A DNA stretch of 64,000 bases, from assembly GCF_006345805.1 (NCBI RefSeq), contig NC_043007.1, positions 2,790,001-2,854,000 of the forward strand. Reading direction: 5' to 3'. Below are positions 12,928 through 25,703 of this stretch, one piece after another. The DNA is from Octopus sinensis (taxonomy: Eukaryota). Position numbers and translations under genes: made by a program. The number at the start of each line of letters is the position of its first letter. The stretch's first letter is position 1. Below the pieces are notes generated by a model. It saw nothing but the letters and a program-made list of their open reading frames with translations. It was not told the DNA's origin and did no database searches.

Positions 12928-13390
12928 GTGAGAGAGCAGCGCATGCCATCAAAGAGACGCTAGGATTCAAATATACGAAGCCTAGTATACACATCATGAC
13001 TACTCGTCTGATAAGGGTACATCAGGTACATGCATCACAAACATTTGTGCGTGTCATGATGATCTCATATCAAGATATCGAATGACTTTGCATGTGGTGT
13101 CTAGTTAGAATTTTCTCTATGTCAAGTTGCCCACCCAACTCCAAGAATATGGTTCATTTAACGATGATGAACGAAAATCCCGTTTCCAGAGGTCAATTAT
13201 TTAAACCCCAAAGAATTCCTCTCAACACATATCTAAGATGCTCCCCTATTACTTTTGCTCACAATCAGAGATGCACGTGTCCTCGGCCACGAAGAGACAA
13301 TCTCAACTGGTTAAAGTCAAGCAACTGAAAAGCAAGTTAGGGTTACTGAGCAGAATACTAGTGTAGCTCATCTTTTATACCAAGACAAAA
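12928..13390. repeat. Interspersed repeat, class uncertain (possibly a LINE 3' region)
   Basis: GC-richer block starting right after the triplet run (gagagcagcgcatgccatcaaag...). I recall it as a common octopus repeat but cannot verify that. No protein motif. Confidence 0.35.
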
Positions 13391-13680
13391 CGATAGGCCG
13401 TGATTTCCACAGAGATCCCAATAGATCATTCTTGCCACATTAAATTCGCGTTGTGCCACTTTCGAGCATTTCACCCCTCTGCACCTGTCGCTATCGGTAG
13501 TTTGTCTATTCTGCACTTCATATAATTGGTCCTTAATGCTTATTCCTGAGCTGCGCATATGAGTGCCTTTGTCTCTATCTTCAGATCACTCTCCCCTCAT
13601 CTATAGCCACCGAGCCTCTGTATTTGCCCAGGCGTTCACATCTCTTGCAAACAAACCGTACATTTCTTTTCCTGCCATGC
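13390..13680 (-). mobile_element. R4/Dong-like (restriction-endonuclease-like) non-LTR retrotransposon relic, region around the CCHC knuckle
   Basis: Across frameshifts: MYGLFARDV..RWL*MR / SDLKIETKALICAAQE*ALRTNYMKCRIDK / TTDSDRCR..KCSKVAQREF..NVARMIYWDLCGNHGL. Matches the HGQF..LKxETExLIxAAQxQAL..CRxC..RHDxVA..IHW pattern. Confidence 0.7.
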
Positions 13681-13785
13681 TATTTTTGTTTGTTCATTTC
13701 TTGTTTAATTTTTCTTTAGTTACATAATTTTCTGTATATATATATATATTACATATATATATAATATATAATATATATAATATAT

Positions 13786-13856
<71 letters not shown>

Positions 13857-13938
13857 AAATAGTTTATATAGTTTATAGAAAAAATGGAGATGGGGAAATT
13901 AATAAAACAATTAACTTCCGATCTCCATTTTCTTAGTC

Positions 13939-13993
<55 letters not shown>

Positions 13994-15396
13994 TTTTTGT
14001 TTCTGATTTGCAAGATTCTTTATTTGAATTCGTGTGTTGAAGCACATTTTATTGTGTCTGGGGAGTGTCATTCCTTATTTATTTTCATTAAATCAGACCG
14101 GTGAGTGTGTTAAATTAAAAAGGCACTAAAAGAGGATGACTCGTCCAAACACAATAATGTGTATATATACATATATATTCAATTGCGCCACTGCCCTGCA
14201 AAAGTAGGCACTAGGATGTAAATACGTAGTTATACATCCAGTAGTATATTGGATATTTATTATCCCTTAAATAGTTACGTAACCTTTAACACATACAAGC
14301 ATATATATACACACACACAAACACACATAGCTATGCATATGTGTGTGGTTGTCCCCTCTGCCTGACAATCGGTGCTGATGAGCCTACGTCTGCGTAAGCT
14401 AGCGGTCCACCCAAAGAGACAGATAGAGCAGGCTTAAAAAAAAAAAAAGAAATTCCTGGGAGCAATACGGCCGATAAAAATTCTTGTAGGCGGTGACTGA
14501 AACAAGTATATGATAAAAGATAGAAGTTCAAATAAAGGAGTATATAAACAAACATATTTAACACTTATTCAATTACTAACAATTATCTTTTAGAATATAA
14601 CGATTGCTAACTAATTTATATACATTTATTAATATAATTAATTTAGAAATCGGAATATCAAATACAGCACAAGTTTGTTCTAATGTTATTTAATCTTAAT
14701 TAGGATAAAAATAATTTCAGATATTCAATTAAATGCATATAAATCTCATTATTTAGTACATAAATTTACTGAGAATTTCCATTGTATCATTATGGATTCT
14801 TTAGCTTTATCATCAATGAAATCCAAGTCCCAAATCATATTGTATATAAGGGATGCTTCGATATTGTATATTGTATATAATGGATGCTTCAATCAATAAT
14901 ACATCTTTCGTGTGATTCGCTGCAATTTCAAGTTTTCTGATTGAAGTCAGTTCTAGATAGAGCATTTTTTGCGGGTATTTCGATGTTTTTATGAACTTGA
15001 ATGCAACTGACCTTGTAGTTAGGGTGGTCGACACGTACTTATAACAACATGGGTTCATTTCCTGGACCGAACTGAAAGACGCTACGTATCCTTGTGACAG
15101 GCGCTTCTGTTTAGTTTGCTCCAATCACTGAACTGAAAATTGGTAGCAACCCAGTGCTAGGGAAGTTGTCTCTCACTTCAGGTGTCGCATGCTTGATGTT
15201 CCGCTGAGTGAAAGTATAGGAGAATCGCGAGCGAGTCAATGCTTACCAGTATATATAAAGACAACTAAAAGAATAAGCAAAAGCAGTGTATACGTACAAA
15301 TCTATACTCGTTCCTTAAGTCTGGCTGGCTTTTCAATGGTTTTTATTCTATCTATCCATCTATGTATCTATTTCTCTCTCTCTCTATCTCTCTCTA

Positions 15397-15427
<31 letters not shown>

Positions 15428-15500
15428 TTGTGACCGCGTGTGTATCGTTGGCGTTTATTTTCTCTCCGTCTTCCCTTCCTTGGATCTTTCTTTTTCTTAT

Positions 15501-15639
15501 GTTTCTGAAGAAGAGCTCCGCTCGAAACGTTAAATTCTCCTTCTTTCTTTCCTTTCCTGAGCATCCAATAATACTATACTTGTTCCACGTCTTCGCGTTG
15601 TTGTGTTCTCTCTTTGTGTTTTCATGTTTGGATTAACTT

Positions 15640-15640
<1 letters not shown>
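15501..15640 (+). mobile_element. PLE-like 3' terminus with hammerhead-like motif at 15501-15535, ending in (TA)n
   Basis: gttt CTGAAGA a gagc-tcc-gctc GAAA cgt t aaat. A related minus-strand copy lies at 44600-44632. Confidence 0.55.
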
Positions 15641-15696
<56 letters not shown>

Positions 15697-15996
15697 ATAT
15701 ATCGGTATCTCTCTTCAGATATTAGAAATCACGATTATGAAATTTTTTGAAATTATCACTTTGTAATCGTTCTTGTAACCATAGGAAACATGCATATTTT
15801 ATATTTTTTACAAAACTATTTATAAGCATTTAACGATAAAGAATTATACTTCCTATATTTATCTTTACAATTGTTGTGAGTTTAGCTGAATTACAAGCTG
15901 TGTATCATACGAGCACATTAGTATATGTACCATGTGAATGCCTATGTTACGACTTTTTTTATCCTAATTCAGTTTCTGTAATATTTACATACACCA

Positions 15997-16231
15997 TAAG
16001 GCAGTGAGCTGGCAGAAACGTTAGCACGCCAGGTGAAATGCTTAACGGTATTTCGTCTGGCGTTACGTTCTGAGTTCAAATTCCGCCGAGGTCGACTTTG
16101 CCTTTCATCCTTTCGGGATTGATAAATTAAGTACTTGTTACGCACTGGGGTCGATGTAATCGACTTAATTCCTTTGTCTGTCCTTGTTTGTCCCCTCTAT
16201 GTTTAGCCCCTTGTGGGCAGTAAAGAAATAA
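15997..16231 (+). mobile_element. tRNA-related SINE with 16 bp target-site duplication
   Basis: GAGCTGGCAGAA..GAGTTCAAATTCCGCCGAGGTCGAC..TAAAGAAATA, flanked by atatttacatacacca at 15981-15996 and 16232-16247. Family copy at 38413-38640. Confidence 0.85.
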
Positions 16232-18064
16232 ATATTTACATACACCAGAAAGGCACATGTACTTTTTATAATTTACTTGTTATATCTTATAGTATTAGCG
16301 TCCCAATTCCGAAATATGCTGTTAGTGTTTAGTGATGAAAGGAATACATATACTCATGTTATTTTTTTAATAAGATGCGCGATTCAGTTATTGATGATAT
16401 TATATGATTTCCAACTGGTTTTAATACATTTATAGATTTCATTAAGTAGAGATGTATAAATATAAAAAATTTCTTCTAACATTATTTAACTTCAACTTGC
16501 ATGAAAATTTCGAAGTAACAGCTTGGTTTTCCAATTTAATGAAAGCAGCCTCAAACGAAATCTCATTACTGAATATTCAAATTTGTTGAGAATTTCCTTT
16601 GCATCTCTGATCTTTCTTTAAATATAGTATAAAGTGCAGTTTAAATAAAGTATTCTTGGATATAATTTTTCAAGTCATTTACATATCTTTCATCTGATAT
16701 GCCACAATTTAAAGCTCGCTAATTTCGTTCAGTTCTGGAAGCAATCGGAAAACTTTTCTTTTCATGCGGTCTGTTTCTTTTATTAAATATGCTCTTTGCT
16801 TTCATATGTCAATACTGTATCATTATCATTTCCTTGGAGGAAGAATATATATTGTTAACAATACACAGATGTTAGTTATTAGAAATTCACAGTTTTTGAA
16901 ACCATCTCTTCGTGTTCTCTCTGCTAGCATAATGGTAATACACACGTACAATTTCGTTTCTATTACAGGAATATCTTTAAGCATTTAACGGTAGATGGTA
17001 TGGAAGAATATCTTCTCAATGTAATTAAATTATGATTTCCACTGGTTTCTTCAAGATTCCTGAATATTTAAAAAAAGTACTAAAACATTTATTAATGCGT
17101 TTATAAATTTCTGTAAGTTGTAAACGCTCAACAACACGGAAGGCGATACTAATAATGTGAAATGCACCTCTTACATGTGATAGCATGGTGTCTAAACTGG
17201 CCGAATTATCAATCGATCAATAATCAGATATCTGAGTGATGCCTCTGCCATTACCCACGCTTAGTTCACAACTTTTACTCAAACATATAAAAAGTAAAGT
17301 ACTTCTGTGGGGAGGCACAGCACATTACAAGAACATTTGTATAATAATACATTTCGTTATCAATGTTGGCCAACGTCAGTGATATCGTTCAACTTTCCAA
17401 CGCATGAGGTTGAGGAACATATTCCGGTTTGAATTTAGTAAATATTATGGCTAGAGATAAGCGAACTCAGTTCAGCTTCACAAACAGTGATCAAGAAGTT
17501 TGGATATTGGCACGTAACTAATATGAAATAAAATTACTGCTGTAGCTTATTTATCGAATATTTCCATATATATCAATTTATTTGAATCTGACCTCTGTGT
17601 TACACTAAAATGGTTACGATATGATGAATTTGTCTGATATAATTGGGGGCGCAAACATTACAGAAGAATTTATTTAGATAGAATACTCGCTAATCACTGA
17701 AAGACTAATTGATAAGAAATAGTCTTATCACAAAATACATGACTACTTCAATCATTTCTAAGCTGTTTATTATTATGACTGCTATAAAATTCAACATTAT
17801 TGTCTTGTTGTTAGTTTTATTTTTGTGTGCAACATTGTACTTAGAAGGAATGGCTGTGCACATGATCTTTTGCAGAGTTCTGAGTCACACAGAAATCAGG
17901 CAGTGAAGAAGACATCCTCAAGTCTGAAACTGATGTGAATTTTTGGCAATAAACTGGTCTCCTAAAGGTATCCGAGGTGTGTAGGTGTTACACCGAGCGA
18001 ATAAACGACGAATATAATCTATGTTAAAGCGAAAGTTAGTCTTGATAATAATAATGAAATTATT

Positions 18065-18245
18065 GTATACAGTACTTAGGTGCACCACAACTTGTCAAAC
18101 GTACGTATAAAGTATATGCAGTAATGTACAAATGTCTGGAAAGTGAACAGTGTATGAGTCAGATACATGTTTGCGTGTGTATGGAGGGGAGAAAATCAGG
18201 TGTAGTGTTGACGAATCTCAGAAAGCATGGAAGTTTTGAAGCAGG
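18065..18245 (-). mobile_element. Probable CR1/L2-type LINE 3' end
   Basis: Minus strand reads FKTSMLSEIRQHYT* followed by a short UTR, resembling CR1 ORF2 ends. The evidence is short. Confidence 0.4.
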
Positions 18246-21200
18246 CCAATGACCAAAAGCATTCCAACCATGATCATCCTGTCTTTACTACATAGTGTGT
18301 GCAGGAAAACATTATAATTTGTGTCATGTCATGTTCAATGCAACATGTGCAATTTGATAGAAATTGGATAGTTGATTTTAGCAGGTAGAATGGCGACAAA
18401 AAAGTGCTTTGCGGAGTTTTTGTTTCGTGTAAAGAGAAGATAGGAAAGAATTTTTATTTTAATTATTCAATTTTGTTTGCAGTAATAACATGTCACTCTG
18501 CACACATAATTAACCGGTTATAATGAGCCGCTTATGTTGATTACTTCTCTATCAAAGTGTAGATAGTTCATATCAAATTATTGGAAATATACTCACTTCT
18601 CGAAACCTGTTTACCTATCTGAAATAGGAAATCGGAGCAGTCTGCTGTGTGCGTGTTAATACATAATTCATATATGTTTTATTAGCTTAAGAAATTGAAG
18701 GAAAATTTCCCATGGGTATATCTAATAGCAAGGCCGATTCTATAGTATTTCCTTCCTGTAAAAAGTTTACGGGAAAAGCGAAGGTCTACATATTTATTCT
18801 CTGACCCCAAGGGAAGCGCGATATCCTAGCATATGTTTAGATACGCATATTCACATAGATAAATTTACGTGCGTAAATAACTTGTGTATAATACATTCAT
18901 AGAATTATGTATATATGTATGCAAGCTTTGCGTCGAAATCTCGAATGTCTGCTCAAACCACGAATAATCAGGCAATCGTTTTTTTATTAATCTTGAATTA
19001 ATAGAAATCATATTAGTTTAAGAGTTATGAATTATCAAATTAGAAAAAAAAATTGTGAGAAAATTTATGGTTATCCTGGTATAATATACATGATAAATTA
19101 GATGAAAACTGCTGGTTTACTGATATTTTTCCGGAGAGAAAACTTAATTCTGCTTGCTTTAATGTTATTGTGGCTCAGCTGCAGAACATCTCTTGTTGAG
19201 TAGAACTAAACGTGAAAGGGATCGCGACGTAAGAATTCCTAGAAACATGTTCTGAAATCTAACTTACCGTTTTAAAGACACGGTGTTGTAATATGAGTGA
19301 TATTTGGCCGCTGATTCTTGTAGATCGATTGGGTTCAAGTTGGGTCTGTCATTGATTTGGATTCTGTCCGAATGAGATAACAATGAATGTTGAAACTTCA
19401 AGTAAATCGACATGGAGACACTTTCCAAACCGAACATAAATCCATAAATTCATTTTCATTTGACATGTGATCAAATCATTTAATTATTCATTTTCTATAA
19501 AGTATTCTATTATAGTTAATCGAATAATTTCGAATAATGTTTATTTCTCAAACTAAGTTTTTAAACTTTTAATTGCAGTCTATCGAAGAAAACAACACAA
19601 AGAAAAACGTTTATTGAATTTGTTTTTAGCTATATCTCAATGTTATACAAAAGATAAAATAGAAACTTTACAAATATCTTCATCTTATACTAAATGGATT
19701 CTAGAAATATTATATTGAGTTTCATACTGTTGCATAGTGGAACACTCTAACTATAGAAGGAATAATCAAACCTCAATAAACTAAACCCGAGGTAATATAT
19801 GATATATCATTTATTCGTTTATTAAATTAATTCCTGCTAATTTTGTCACGAGGTCAGCAATTTTGAGGCGATTCGCAAGTTGATTACAACTGTTCGGCAC
19901 CTGACCTGTTCTTAACCAAGCCCGAAGAAATGAAAGGCAAAAGTAACTCCAGAAGCATTTGAACCCAGTACTCAACGATTTGGAAGAAATATCCCCATGC
20001 ATTTCGCTCCATGTACCAGTGATTCTATCAGTTCGTTGTTTAATTTAGTATAGTGTATTTGCGAAATGTAGTGTCGACGTTTAAATGTTTCCAAGAGAAT
20101 AAGAGATGCATGTTCACCCAGCCCTTGAGGGCAAAGATCTCCCGACCGAAATGGATTTTTTGAGAGTCTATGAAAGTTTGTTTTACACTCTGATAGTTGA
20201 ATTAAGAAACCTCTTCTTTAATGTGTGCGTATTGAAGTGGGTAGTTGAAAAAAATACAATAGTTATGAGTGTACACATGTCCATGCAAAATGATTTAATA
20301 CTGCTGCATCAGCAATGCTTAGATATCTGGCGAACTGTAGTTATTCGTGTACGTTCGACAAGTCCCGTGTATCGTCCCCCCTTTGTGTAACCCTTGTGGT
20401 TTGAATAAAATCATCGGGTACATTCTTCAGATGCGCAAATTGTCTATGTTCTAGGGTGCTGCGGATGAGATTTTCCACACATCAGTTCCTACACCTTTAA
20501 TAACACTACGCGTTTTGCGGACTTTAGTAAGTTGTTTGAGAACACTTCATGAAGTATTAGAAATATATAGTCAGAGCTAATCCAAAATGTTTCCGATTAA
20601 GATTATGGTTTTTATACTCTGGCATATCCATTCGTAGTATATTTGAAAATATGATCATTACGTTCAAGATAGTTTTGTATTCTTGCTACTAAAATAAATA
20701 GAAAACCAATAAATATTTGTTTTCTCAGAATCGCTGGAATGCAAAGAAATAGGATTAAATAAGAGAAAATAGATTCAGAAAACAAAAGCAAAAATCATTT
20801 GAAATTATTCGGTTCCTTGAAGTGGAATATTTTAAAGAAATAGGTCAGTGTCTTTTTAATACCATACGACAAACGAAAGAAACATATTTAAGAAATTTGA
20901 TCTGTTTTCAAAGTAGACGTTAATTAGATTTATTGTATTAGTGCGCATTATTTTTGCGATAATCCTTCATATACTTAAGCCATATTTGTTTATAAGTCTT
21001 CCGAACGTAATCAATCCGTATATGAATATCTAATTAGTAGCTATTTCTCTTATAAATGCACATATATAAAATAATGAAACCGATTTCCGATTCGCCTGGA
21101 TGTATTCATCAAACAATAACTGAAATAGATACCTTTTTATTCCAACTCAGTTCAATTCACTTTCCATATACAAAAGATGGATTGAATCTCTGTTAGGGGA

Positions 21201-22709
21201 CAGTGCTCATCAGAAGAAACAAAGTATATGGAAGAAATAATCTGCTACTGATAGGAGAATGGATGTTTGTGGGTACTGTGCTATCAGTGGACTACGGTTT
21301 ATTTGCCGTCGTTAACACTTCGATATTTCGTCATATCATTTAATTTTTCAAACTAATTAGTCTATGGAGCTATAAATAATTTCAATTTTGTGAGTTTTCG
21401 TCAGGAACAAAAGTCCAGTTCATAGCACTTTACGAGATCTTTGAGGCTGGAGATTAGGAAGGGAGGACTGTATACTCAAATCATGATCTTGGTCCTAATG
21501 AATGGAAGAGAGTGTATGCTACTAAAATATCAAAAGTTTCAACAAGTGGTGTTAAACACGGAAATGGTTTAAGTGTACCATTCAGCAAGGCCAAAGCTGG
21601 ATGTGAACTCAGAACGCCAGATACCAATACTGCAAAGGAACTTACTGTCACTGCACGAAAGTGATTCATTTTTGTCGACTACGAGTATAGACGTTTGTGG
21701 GATTTGAACTCAGAGCGTATCGAGTCGTAACAAATACCGAGTGGAATTCTATTCAGTCAAAGAGCTGAATTGTTTCTAAATCATAAAATCTCGTTCTGAT
21801 GAATATTTCTACAGTTTATGAAACTGTTACCTTAAACGCAGATTTTAGTCTACTCCGATTCGTCATGGTTTTCTATTTTAATAGAATTATGGTTCGTAAA
21901 TCTAACCGGCCTATCAAACGTTGCATGAGAAGGTACCTCGCTCAAGATAATCATTCAACTTACGAGGAATAGCAGCCAAATACCACTCAGATAACCGAGC
22001 CTTTAAAAAAGGTCAAACCAGAACAGGGAAACTAATCGTGCATACACATCCCCATAATTTCCGATGGGCCATAGTTAAGCATGTTTTATCACACAAGTCT
22101 GTTAACTTTGCGCTGAGGGGAAAAACTACATGAAAGCTGACTTTTATGCAGTTGTTGTAGTTCACTGATTCAATAGAATTTGGGACATATCTATTTATTT
22201 TCCATAAGCTATTTTGATTAAAAAAAAGCGCCGATATTATATAAATGTACACTATTTCTTATATAAGATTTTTCAACTGAGAATAACGATATGTTCAAAT
22301 ACTGAGGCGGTGTCTAGTCAAAACCAATCAAAGGATATAAATATCAAAACTATATTTGAACGGCCGATTGCTTTCTCGGTATGGGCAATTTCATTCAATT
22401 TCAACCAAAACAGATGAAAATAGCTTATTTCTTGTCAATTCTATTTTGCACATTAAACATATAATTCCTCTTAAAGTAGATCATTCTTACAAATCATTTA
22501 AATAAGGAAGTCAATACGTACAAAGAATATATTTTACAAAATTCTACTTAACATCAAAAGGACTTTCATTTTGGATAGATCTATGGTATCATTTCACTGA
22601 ACATGATAGCAAATAAAGTAACACATACGCATACATACATACGCATAAATATTATATATATGCGTTACACACACACACATTCATATATATAATATAATAT
22701 ATATATATA

Positions 22710-23050
22710 GAGGGCATTATACATACATGCCAGAAGGCATTATACATACATGCCAAACGCTAAGAGGGACAATTAGTCATTTCTACCAAAAATATTACTA
22801 ATCCCACCGAATGCAATTTTTCAAAGTAAGACATTTAAAAAAATATAGACCTGTATCACAGTGATTTCATACTTACGTACTCTACGTAAGTATGAAATCA
22901 CTGTGATACAGGTCTATATTTTTTTAAATGTCTTACTTTGAAAAATGCATTCGGTGGGATAGTAATATTTTTGGTAGAAATGACTAATTGTCCCTCTTAG
23001 CGTTTGCATTGTATGTATAATGCCTTCTGGCATGTATGTATAATGCCCTC
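22710..23050. mobile_element. Near-perfect foldback, about 170 bp arms, 3 nt loop (22880-22882), between (TA)n
   Basis: ...tgatttcatacttacgta-ctc-tacgtaagtatgaaatca...; outer ends gagggcattatac / gtataatgccctc. Confidence 0.85.
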
Positions 23051-23970
23051 TATATATAAATTAATATGTTCAATAAGAAATAATTATTTTCGAAATTTTT
23101 CTCTTATGAGGTTTTTACGCTATCTACCTGACAATTCTTGTTAAGTTTTCCTTATTAAGTAGTTGTCCTTAATTGCTATAATATAATATATATATATTAT
23201 ATAATATAATATAATATAATATAATATATATAATATATATGTAATATCTAATATATAATATATAGAATATATATAACATATTATATACATATAATATATA
23301 TGTATAATACATATATATTATATTATATACATATACATACATATACATATTATACATACCGTGCATGTACATACACATATAATTATATGTATATACATGC
23401 ATACGTATAGACACACACACTCTCCTAAACGCATTATGTTACATAATATTTGGAACGTGTAGAGTTAAAACATCATTTTGTCTGAGATACACGTATTTTC
23501 TTTTATTTATTTTGAATGCACTCTTATTTACTAATATCGAAAATAGATTCAGTGTTTTGATCGTTGGTTATCTGTTAGGTGATTCGCAATTCAATAGGAA
23601 CATTAAACAATGAATATGAAAAAACCATAACTTGATATCTCGCCGTCCCGTGAAAATAATCAATATAGAAATCTTTATAGCTACATCTTAATAAAACTGA
23701 TAAGTTGAAGGATAAATAGAATTATATATCAATAAACAGCCATTACGTATAAATCCCAGAGAAAACTTGCAACGACAAAAAAAGTCTTAAATATTCTAGA
23801 AAATACATTATAGAAAGAAATATGTTGTTTACAACTGATGGAAGATTTAAAGCCGAAAATCAATAAAATCCTCTACAAAATTCTTCTATGTGTTATAATT
23901 ATGCATAGCTTACATATATATATTTATGTCTCTATATGTAAATGTACACACACACACACAACACACACAC

Positions 23971-24004
<34 letters not shown>

Positions 24005-24033
24005 TGCATACATACACACAGACGCAGACATAC

Positions 24034-24078
<45 letters not shown>

Positions 24079-25039
24079 ATATATATATAATATATATACA
24101 AACATATGCACAGATACACAGACACACACACAAATATGATGTATATAAATATTACATATATGTATGTATATATATAATACATAATATATATGTAATATAT
24201 ATATTATATATATGCATAATATATATATATTATATAATATAATATATATATATACATATATATGATATATACATATATGAATACATATGCGCATATGTAT
24301 ATGTGTATCTAGAATCATAGAAACACACACATACATATATATTATGCATGTGTATACGTATGTATATATGTGTTTAGTTCACAAGTCCCTGTGTATTTCT
24401 GTATGTGTACGTGTGTTTTTTATGCTTGCGTATACCTATATTGTGCTTCGTAATATATTACGTATATTCTACAACGTTACGTACGTATGAATTCCTAACA
24501 AGTACCGAGAAGGGTCAGGTGAGGTGGAAATACTTGTCGAAATTCAAAGTTTTCATCACAGTTCGGATGGTGACATAATCTATTTATTCATATAAAAACT
24601 CTTCTTATCACTACTATTATTATGTCCCAAAGCTGGCATGTCGAACGGAGAAATGATGCAACGTTCCTGACCATTGTTTGTTTTATTATCTTTAACAAAT
24701 GATGAAGAGGATTAAATATTTCAAATCTTTTCATTTCAAATTATTTCAGGATTTTATTTTACATAATTTCATCGTTTATCTATCTTTTGCCAACATTGTT
24801 ACTATTAAGAGAGAGGTTGTACGAAACCTAAAAGAAAAACAGAATGATTAAAATTAAACTTTAGCTTCTTTGACAAATGTGATACACACGCACACACGCG
24901 CTTGTGTGTTGTATATATATCTATATATATATATCTATATATATATATACATATATATAATATATATACATATATATTATATATATATATATATATAATA
25001 TATATATTATATATATATATATATTATATATATATAATA

Positions 25040-25078
<39 letters not shown>

Positions 25079-25081
<3 letters not shown>

Positions 25082-25629
25082 CACTGTATAAAAGGGCTTA
25101 GTAAAATAAATTACTTTGCCACATACTGAACTCATTAGAAATAGCAGCCAAAAAAAGATTTTTTAGCCATTTCTAATACTTAAAGAAAATTTCTCTCAGA
25201 TAGTGTTTACTCAAAATAACCCACGAAGGTATGGGGGTAAAAACATTAAAAAATCACAAGTGCAAAGATTATTTGAGAACGTACGTTTCTAGATCAGCCA
25301 AATACAAATCGTTTGTATTTGGCTGATCTAGAAACGTAACGTTCTCAAATAATCTTTGCACTTGTGATTTTTTAATGTTTTTACCCCCATACCTTCGTGG
25401 GTTATTTGAGTAAACACTATCTGAGAGAAATTTCTTTAAGTATTAGAAATGGCTAAAAAATCTTTTTTTGGCTGCTATTTCTAATGAGTTCAGTATGTGG
25501 CAAAGTAATTTATTTTACTAAGCCCTTTTATACAATGTAATATTTTGAATTCGCCTTAAATGGTCCCTTTACATACTGAATACTTGGTGAAATTGATTAA
25601 TAACTAATTAATTTTACCCTCAATTGTTG

Positions 25630-25634
<5 letters not shown>
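25079..25634. mobile_element. Near-perfect foldback, about 230 bp arms (25079-25540, loop 25309-25311), plus about 94 nt right tail, between (TA)n
   Basis: agatcagccaaatacaaa-tcg-tttgtatttggctgatct; outer ends ttacactgtataaaaggg / cccttttatacaatgtaa. Confidence 0.85.

Positions 25635-25703
<69 letters not shown>

Noticed and set aside
12382-13085. ORFs with poly-His/Ala/Ser/Asn
   Set aside because: Translations of a compound triplet microsatellite; open in several frames and on both strands.
14368-14410. CTGATGAgcctacg
   Set aside because: Part of a diverged SINE body; no GAAA half of the core.
14813-15124. 103 aa minus-strand ORF
   Set aside because: No recognisable domain or splice boundaries; its end is a local tandem repeat.
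19268-19414. 49-codon minus-strand ORF ending at a GTAAGT donor
   Set aside because: Such donors are frequent by chance; no homology or neighbouring exon support.
21792-21840. CTGATGA..GAAACTGTTA hammerhead-like string
   Set aside because: Stem I is not contiguous and stem II is weak; roughly one such hit is expected by chance in this much AT-rich DNA.
23838-24490. Long I/Y/C/V/H/T-rich ORFs (also about 11.1, 31.8, 40.1, 44.1, 57.0 and 62.0 kb)
   Set aside because: Dinucleotide repeats lacking stop codons.
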